This document shows positions 58,517 through 64,000 of a stretch of 64,000 nucleotides of DNA, piece after piece (the first letter of the stretch is position 1; each line of letters starts with the position of its first letter). Below the pieces are notes generated by a model. The model was given only the letters and a program-made list of their open reading frames with translations. It was not told where the DNA came from and made no database searches. Both the position numbers and the translations under genes were made by a program. Source of the DNA: Candidatus Omnitrophota bacterium (GTDB lineage Bacteria; Omnitrophota; Gorgyraeia; Pluralincolimonadales; Pluralincolimonadaceae). Location: NCBI GenBank assembly GCA_003141835.1, contig PLNR01000011.1, positions 14,049 to 78,048 of the forward strand. Reading direction: 5' to 3'.

Positions 58517-59267
58517 AAGCCAGCTCCCAGTATTTAGCCCATTTCATGAAATGGACATACGAATAAAGCGCTGAAAATATGAAACCTGTCATACCCTCCC
58601 TGAACCCCTGTTTCTTGACGTAAAATTTCCAGAAGACCTTCGCGGGTTTAAGATAAAGGTGATACTTTACTCGCCCTTTAGAGAGGACCCCCATCTCGTT
58701 CAGGAAGTCGCTCGCCTCATAAGTCGTATACCTGTTCTGCCTGGAAATGAACTGCGATAAAGACGTGAAAGGACGGTGCTCGATCTCGGCTTCTATGGTA
58801 CCCTGGAGGCCGTCCAATTTCAGTCGCTCGTGTATAAGTCCTTCGTACCGGCCGGAACCTTTCTTGAAGAAATGCGAGGAGTAATGGTACCACCCGCCGT
58901 ACCTCATGGGATGGCCGAGGAAAAAATTCCTGCGCCTGAACTTGTAGCCGGTATACTGCCCCGGTGAAGCCATCGCCTCTTTCAGGGCTTTCGCGAGGCC
59001 AGGCGTCACGACCTCGTCCGCGTCTAGCTGTAGGACCCAATCACAGGTCGCGTGATCGATCCCCTTATTCCTCTCCCCGGCGAAACCCTTGAATTCGCTG
59101 AGTATTATCTTGTCGGTGTAGCCCTTGCAGATCTCAACTGTCCTGTCGGTCGAGTAACCGTCGACTATGATTATCTCGTCGGCCCATTTCACGCTCTCGA
59201 GGCAATCCTTAACGGAACTCTCGGCGTTCTTAGTTATGATCACGGCGCTAAGCCTTGGATTTGGCAT
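58497..59267 (-). CDS. glycosyltransferase family 2 (LPS-core-type)
   Basis: 256 aa. SAVIITKNAE, DGYSTD and QLDADE (DXD). Confidence 0.75.
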   Translation of the reverse strand: MPNPRLSAVIITKNAESSVKDCLESVKWADEIIIVDGYSTDRTVEICKGYTDKIILSEFKGFAGERNKGIDHATCDWVLQLDADEVVTPGLAKALKEAMASPGQYTGYKFRRRNFFLGHPMRYGGWYHYSSHFFKKGSGRYEGLIHERLKLDGLQGTIEAEIEHRPFTSLSQFISRQNRYTTYEASDFLNEMGVLSKGRVKYHLYLKPAKVFWKFYVKKQGFREGMTGFIFSALYSYVHFMKWAKYWELAYGQKAK

Positions 59268-60027
59268 TCAGCTCCCTGTATTTCGCGTAACTTAAGAACT
59301 GGTAAAAACCTCCGTTTACCGCCACCATCAGGCCGATGACGCCGTCGCGGTACCCTTTATTTCCGACATAACCTCTCAAGAACCTGTCGAAGGTACGCCA
59401 CAAAGCGATATGCAGCGGCATCTTCTTCCCGGTCGAAAACCATTTTTCCGCTTCTTTCGAGGTCTGGCCGTTCATCGAATCGATAAGTTCCGCGAAGTCG
59501 GCATAGGAATAATGGATCAGGTCCCCATTGAGGCGGCCGCACTTGCCGTCGTAGAAAACGCGCGGATGCACGGCTACTTCCTCGTACTTAAACCTGCCCT
59601 TCCTGAAGAACCTGTCCTTATGCGCCGGATACCAACCGCCCCATTTTACCCAGTAATCCCCGATATAATTACGCATCGGCACGGCAAAGACGACATATTC
59701 GCTCAGCTTATTCTCCGCGTCTTCTTTGAGCACGCGGGCTATCTCTTCCTTTAATTCAGGGCTTACTATCTCGTCTGCGTCCAGGCTGAGGACCCACCCA
59801 TTCTTCGCCAGCGAATAGGCATAATTCCTGTGTACGCCTTCTATGTCCATCTTCCTCTCGAAAATCCTCCCTGTGTAGCGGCGGCCGATCTCGACGGTCT
59901 TATCCGCGCTCATATCGTCAACGATAACGATATCGTCGGCCCATGACACGCTATCGAGACAGGCCGCGAGCCTCTTCTCCTCGTTCTTTACTATCACGAC
60001 CACCGAAACGGGTATCTTATGTCCCAT
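59248..60027 (-). CDS. glycosyltransferase family 2 (LPS-core-type), paralog
   Basis: 259 aa. VSVVVIVKNEE, DDMSAD and SLDADE. Confidence 0.75.
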   Translation of the reverse strand: MGHKIPVSVVVIVKNEEKRLAACLDSVSWADDIVIVDDMSADKTVEIGRRYTGRIFERKMDIEGVHRNYAYSLAKNGWVLSLDADEIVSPELKEEIARVLKEDAENKLSEYVVFAVPMRNYIGDYWVKWGGWYPAHKDRFFRKGRFKYEEVAVHPRVFYDGKCGRLNGDLIHYSYADFAELIDSMNGQTSKEAEKWFSTGKKMPLHIALWRTFDRFLRGYVGNKGYRDGVIGLMVAVNGGFYQFLSYAKYRELNAKSKA

Positions 60028-60030
60028 AGC

Positions 60031-61065
60031 TTAAATTCCCCTTATCTCCGCGCCGCGGAAAAACCTGTAACCGGCGAGTGCGCAGCGCAGTACCGGGTCC
60101 CCGGTATATATCCTGTCGTATTTTTTTTTCTTTATAATGATATTCCAAAACGTGCTCAATTTAAAGAGTTTTTTAGGAGAATCGTTCATAAAGTCGAGAT
60201 GGTCCGGCAGGAGGCTGAGGTCGGCGCCTTTTACGGCGAAGAGCCACACCCTGTTATGGCCGGCCAACTCCTTCTTTATTTCCTGCGTGACCTTTTCCAT
60301 GGGGGCGGCTTTTCTCTCCGTCACTATGAAGGCGACCCGCAATATCCTTCCCCATCTCTCCTCGAATATCCGCGCGCTCCTGTCAAAGGTCTCATCCTTA
60401 TTTTTGAGGAATTTCCCTGACCTTCCCTCGGAATGGTAAACGTAGCATCCCTTTGCCATCGCGCACTTGAATCCTGCGGCCTGCGCCCTACGGCTGTAAT
60501 CCGTATCCTCGAAATAGGCGTAACCGTATTTGTCGTCGAGAAATCCGATCCTTTCTACCACTTCGCGCTTTATGAGCATGCAGAAGCCCACACAGGCGTT
60601 CATTTCAACCCATTCACCTGAGTGTTTCCTGAACCCTTGCGCAAATTCTTGCAGTGTGGTCCCTTTCCCGAAACGCAGGCCGAAGTTATTGGAGGAAGGG
60701 TTGACGATACCCACAGACGGGTCGCTTTCAGCCGCCTTTATCATCTCTTCCAGCCAGCCTTCGGTCACGATTATATCGTTGTTAAGCAGGCATACGTACG
60801 GGGCGCGGGATAGCTCCATCCCTTTGTTCGTGCCCCGCGGGAAGCCCTCGTTGAGGCGGTTTAAGATGACTTCTACCCGGACATTCGGGCTGTCCTTAAG
60901 CGACGACAGGTATTCCCGAAGCCCTTCTTCGGTCGAGCCGTTGTCGACTATTATCAGGCGCGAAGGGACGGCGGTACAGCCCATCACCGACTCAACGCAG
61001 AGCTTCAGGAGGGAGAGGTTATTCCAGCTTAAAAGGACAAGGTCGCACTTTATTTCCATCCGCAC
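60031..61065 (-). CDS. glycosyltransferase family 2 (larger, 344 aa)
   Basis: LVLLSWNN, IIVDNGS, and DXD in LLNNDIIV / YFEDTD. Confidence 0.7.
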   Translation of the reverse strand: MRMEIKCDLVLLSWNNLSLLKLCVESVMGCTAVPSRLIIVDNGSTEEGLREYLSSLKDSPNVRVEVILNRLNEGFPRGTNKGMELSRAPYVCLLNNDIIVTEGWLEEMIKAAESDPSVGIVNPSSNNFGLRFGKGTTLQEFAQGFRKHSGEWVEMNACVGFCMLIKREVVERIGFLDDKYGYAYFEDTDYSRRAQAAGFKCAMAKGCYVYHSEGRSGKFLKNKDETFDRSARIFEERWGRILRVAFIVTERKAAPMEKVTQEIKKELAGHNRVWLFAVKGADLSLLPDHLDFMNDSPKKLFKLSTFWNIIIKKKKYDRIYTGDPVLRCALAGYRFFRGAEIRGI

Positions 61066-61886
61066 GCCTCCAGCATTTTCTTCAGGCTGGCTTGGTAGGT
61101 ATACCGACCGGTCGCAAGTGAACGTCCCTGTCCAGCTATTTTCACCCTCTCATCGTCATGCGAAAGGTAATATTCCGCCTTCCTCAATAATTCCCCGGCG
61201 CTTCCGTATGTCACGAGATCCTTCCCGTCTTTGAAGAGTTCGTTAAAACCTGTGTCGTTTTTCAACCGGTTCGTGATAAGCAGCGCCCCGCACGAAAGTA
61301 CTTCGAACATCCTCATGTTGATATCGTCATTTATCGAATAATTGAACCCTATCTTCGCGCTGCTGTAGATGTTAGACATGAAGCGCGAATCAGCCCTGCC
61401 GATATAGCTGTCATGGTATCTTCGCGCGAGGAGTTTAAGGAGCTCTCCCCTCGGGTTCTTTTTTCCTTCAGTCCCGACGAAAGCTATATCGAGCTTGCGC
61501 TCTATATTAAGGTCTTTATGCATCTCCGGGTCGCAGGCGATGTGGACCCACTTCGCGTCGATGCCGGTATCCCTCTTTAGTTTCTTCACCCCGCTCTTTT
61601 GGGCGCAAAAAACAAAACCGTAATGCCCGGCCTGATCTTTTATCTTCCTGTAAGGTTTTTCGAGATGCGTGTCTATCGCGTAAAAAGCGGAAGGTTTCAG
61701 GTGTTCCGGTATGTCATATTTATAGTCGCCGTGGTCGATGCGCAGGTAAAGGTCGTATCCGGCCGGGATATCGCCGTCGCTCGTCCAGAAATGGTCGAAT
61801 CCTATTCCCATCTGCGACGCGGCGCGCTCGAAATAATTGCCTATCGTGTCCTCCCTGTCTTTGTTAAAGATCAGAGCAAGTTTCAT
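61050..61886 (-). CDS. CgeB-like / GT1-related glycosyltransferase (DUF3880-type)
   Basis: 278 aa. DIAFVGTEGKKNPRGELL and FEVLSCGALLITN resemble the CgeB C-terminal GT domain. Confidence 0.45.
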   Translation of the reverse strand: MKLALIFNKDREDTIGNYFERAASQMGIGFDHFWTSDGDIPAGYDLYLRIDHGDYKYDIPEHLKPSAFYAIDTHLEKPYRKIKDQAGHYGFVFCAQKSGVKKLKRDTGIDAKWVHIACDPEMHKDLNIERKLDIAFVGTEGKKNPRGELLKLLARRYHDSYIGRADSRFMSNIYSSAKIGFNYSINDDINMRMFEVLSCGALLITNRLKNDTGFNELFKDGKDLVTYGSAGELLRKAEYYLSHDDERVKIAGQGRSLATGRYTYQASLKKMLEACGWK

Positions 61887-62968
61887 TTGGCCGCCAACGC
61901 CTCCGTAGCTGCCTTAAAGACGGCTTCAGGGCTTATCCAGGACAGGCATTTCCTCTCGGCGCACTCTTTCATCCTGAAATCCCTGTAACACGGGCGGCAT
62001 TCGATATCTTCTTTGACTGTCTTGTGCCTGCCGGCCGGCGGGTACTGCCCGTAAACTTTCTCATCGACAGGCCCGAATATGCCCACCGTCTTCGCGCCGG
62101 CCGCAACGGCAAGGTGCAACGGCCCGCCGTCATTGGCGATCACAAGGCCGCACAAGGACATCAGCGCGGCCGATTGTAAAAGCGTAGTCTTTCCGCAAGC
62201 CATCACCGCCGGGTTTTTCATTGCCTTCAATGTCTTTTCGCATATCCCTGCCTCAGCACCGCTGCCTAAAAGGACTATTTTCGTGCCCGTACTTTCGGTA
62301 AGGCGGTCGGCGACAACGGCAAAATCCCCGCTTTGCCAATGTTTTATCACGGCCTCTTTCCCCCAGCTCGCGCCTCCGGCCGGGGCGATCCCGATGACCA
62401 GTTCGCCCTCTTTGATCCCGTTCGTCCTGAGGAAATCGACCGCCCACCTCTTATCTTCCGGAGGAAGGTACAAGCTGATATTTTTTTGCACCGGCTCAAT
62501 GCCAATAAACCTTAAAAGCTCAAGATAATGCTCTATCACATGTTTACCGACATAGCCGCTGATCCCTATCTTCCTGGTCAGGTATGCTCCCCTGCCTTTA
62601 TAATTGAAGCCTATCCTTTCCTTTATCCCGGCCAGCAAGCAGAGGAGCCAATATTCCCTGGTCAGCGAAAGGTCGATGACCGCATCGAATTTTTTCTCCC
62701 TGACATCCCTCGCCAGGGAAAAAAGTCTTTTAAAATATTCGGCCTTAGATCCCTTCCAGAGGGCCCTAAGCTCGTCTTTTTCATAGGCGAAGACCCATTT
62801 TATCTTCGGATTAGCCCTGAGCAGCGTTTCTGTGCGGCGGTTGCAGAGGAAACCGATCCTGCAGCCTTCGATCCGCGCGCTCAGCGACTCAATGAGCGGC
62901 GTCGTAAAAAGCACATCGCCAATGCCGAAAGGATTGATGATAAGTATATTTTTTATATTTTTTTGCAT
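61883..62968 (-). CDS. ADP-heptose:LPS heptosyltransferase (GT9)
   Basis: 361 aa. ILIINPFGIGDVLFTTPLI, and the C-terminal GNDGGPLHLAVAAG. Confidence 0.8.
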   Translation of the reverse strand: MQKNIKNILIINPFGIGDVLFTTPLIESLSARIEGCRIGFLCNRRTETLLRANPKIKWVFAYEKDELRALWKGSKAEYFKRLFSLARDVREKKFDAVIDLSLTREYWLLCLLAGIKERIGFNYKGRGAYLTRKIGISGYVGKHVIEHYLELLRFIGIEPVQKNISLYLPPEDKRWAVDFLRTNGIKEGELVIGIAPAGGASWGKEAVIKHWQSGDFAVVADRLTESTGTKIVLLGSGAEAGICEKTLKAMKNPAVMACGKTTLLQSAALMSLCGLVIANDGGPLHLAVAAGAKTVGIFGPVDEKVYGQYPPAGRHKTVKEDIECRPCYRDFRMKECAERKCLSWISPEAVFKAATEALAAK

Positions 62969-63942
62969 AATTTCCCGCTGACCGCCTCAAACACATCGTC
63001 GACCGTGATATCCGCCACCTTAGGCCTTCCCACTACGACATGCCCCTCGCCATAAGGCCCCCATCTCTTCGATGACCCTCCCGGACGGGCCTCCCCGAAA
63101 AGTGCGGCTACAGGCGTACCGACGGCCGAGGCTATATGCGCCGGGGCCGAATCACAGGATACCAGGAGGAGCGACCTTTTTAGAAGCGCCCCGAACTCCT
63201 TGAGCGCCAGCTTCCCGGTAAGGTCTGGGATTGCGTTGCGCATCTTCGCTTTTACTTCACCGGCAACCGCGCACTCCTCTCTACCCCCTACCAGCACGAC
63301 TTTCATTCCGAGCCCTTCGATGATCTTATCACAGAGACGGGCAAAGCTTTCTGCCGGCCATGACTTTTCCGGATTACTCGTTCCGGGATGGACGGCAACG
63401 AAAGCGCCTCCGGCGAGCCCGTTCTGCGCCAGTATTTCCGCCGCGGCGCGTTCATCTTTTTCCCCTAAAGGAAAATAAAGTTTTTCGCTTAAGACCCCGG
63501 CGCCTGCCGCCTTTGCGAGGTCGAGGTTATATTCTACCTCATGTTTCTCGCAAAGATATTTTTTATCTTCAATCGCATCCGTAAGCAGGAAGCCGAACTT
63601 CCTGTCATAACCGACCCTCGCGGGTATACCGGCGAGGAAAGCGGCTACATTAAAGAATTTGCTTGGGTTAAAGATTATGATCATGTCAAATCCAGAACTC
63701 CCGAGGAAACGGATGAACCTAAAGCGCTTAGAGAGCGAATCCAGGTCCGGGCCGGGATCGAGCTTTACGATGGAATCTACTGAAGGGTTGCCTTCTACAA
63801 CGGCTGAAGAAGATGGTTTTACTATAAGCGTTATTTTCGCGCCGGGGAAACTCTCCCGCACCGAGGCGAAGGCCGGGGTCGTAAGCAACAATTCGCCTAT
63901 CCTGTCAGTCCTGATTAGAAGGATCCCGCGGGGTTTTAGCAA
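62953..63942 (-). CDS. ADP-heptose:LPS heptosyltransferase (GT9), second copy
   Basis: 329 aa. GILLIRTDRIGELLLTTPAF and SCDSAPAHIASAVG. The start is probably TTG at 63942. The reading frame stays open upstream to the window end, so the 5' boundary is uncertain. Confidence 0.7.
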   Translation of the reverse strand: MLKPRGILLIRTDRIGELLLTTPAFASVRESFPGAKITLIVKPSSSAVVEGNPSVDSIVKLDPGPDLDSLSKRFRFIRFLGSSGFDMIIIFNPSKFFNVAAFLAGIPARVGYDRKFGFLLTDAIEDKKYLCEKHEVEYNLDLAKAAGAGVLSEKLYFPLGEKDERAAAEILAQNGLAGGAFVAVHPGTSNPEKSWPAESFARLCDKIIEGLGMKVVLVGGREECAVAGEVKAKMRNAIPDLTGKLALKEFGALLKRSLLLVSCDSAPAHIASAVGTPVAALFGEARPGGSSKRWGPYGEGHVVVGRPKVADITVDDVFEAVSGKLCKKI

Positions 63943-64000
63943 ATTGGGCCTACTCGGGCTGTACCCCTGCGGCCGCCAGTCCGCATAACGACCAGAAAAG

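Overview
This 64-kb window is GC-rich (roughly 55-60% GC by eye), very gene-dense bacterial chromosomal DNA. TonB/ExbB/ExbD, LPS heptosyltransferases and GmhB point to a diderm (Gram-negative-type) bacterium. About 60 protein-coding genes plus one tRNA gene lie on the minus strand, mostly with overlapping or ATGA/TAATG-coupled boundaries; the single exception is a plus-strand TPR gene at 53461..54062.

The content is almost entirely housekeeping:
- rsmE (5' part, running off the window start) and tRNA-Ala(CGC).
- A Tol/TonB-like envelope operon.
- uvrA.
- NAD synthesis via aspartate dehydrogenase plus nadA.
- panD-panC and folK.
- A lysine pathway using the DapL route (dapL-dapB-dapA, then dapF-lysA), fused directly to a complete arginine operon (argC-J-B-D-F-G-H).
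- rplM-rpsI, truA, asd.
- Archaeal-type leuB/leuD/leuC, a GNAT acetyltransferase, thiG, an endonuclease III (nth-like), glgC and a MarC-family membrane protein.
- An oligopeptide (opp) ABC transporter operon.
- gap-pgk-tpiA-secG.
- Two tandem GalT-like genes, a CBS-domain protein, fmt-def, priA, a family-4 uracil-DNA glycosylase, and an LPS-core-type glycosyltransferase cluster (GT28, gmhB, three GT2, a CgeB-like GT, two GT9).

The non-routine items are:
- A signal-peptide-bearing MEMO1-AMMECR1 (AmmeMemoRadiSam B+A) fusion with no radical-SAM partner in the window.
- A 75-aa lysine-rich tandem-repeat protein with a strong ribosome-binding site, flanked by long palindromes.
- Two AT-rich, possibly acquired genes: a secreted HEAT-repeat protein splitting the dap cluster, and a SecY homologue fused to a C-terminal DUF2007-like domain, located away from any ribosomal-protein operon.
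- Recently duplicated tandem GalT-like genes followed by an uncharacterised CBS-domain protein.
- The lone plus-strand TPR gene, driven by a perfect consensus sigma70 promoter.
- A folK gene with no canonical start codon upstream of its conserved N-terminus.

I found no CRISPR array, transposase, integrase or recognisable defence island. I could not identify a definitive novel multi-gene system, and the items above are ranked candidates rather than proof.
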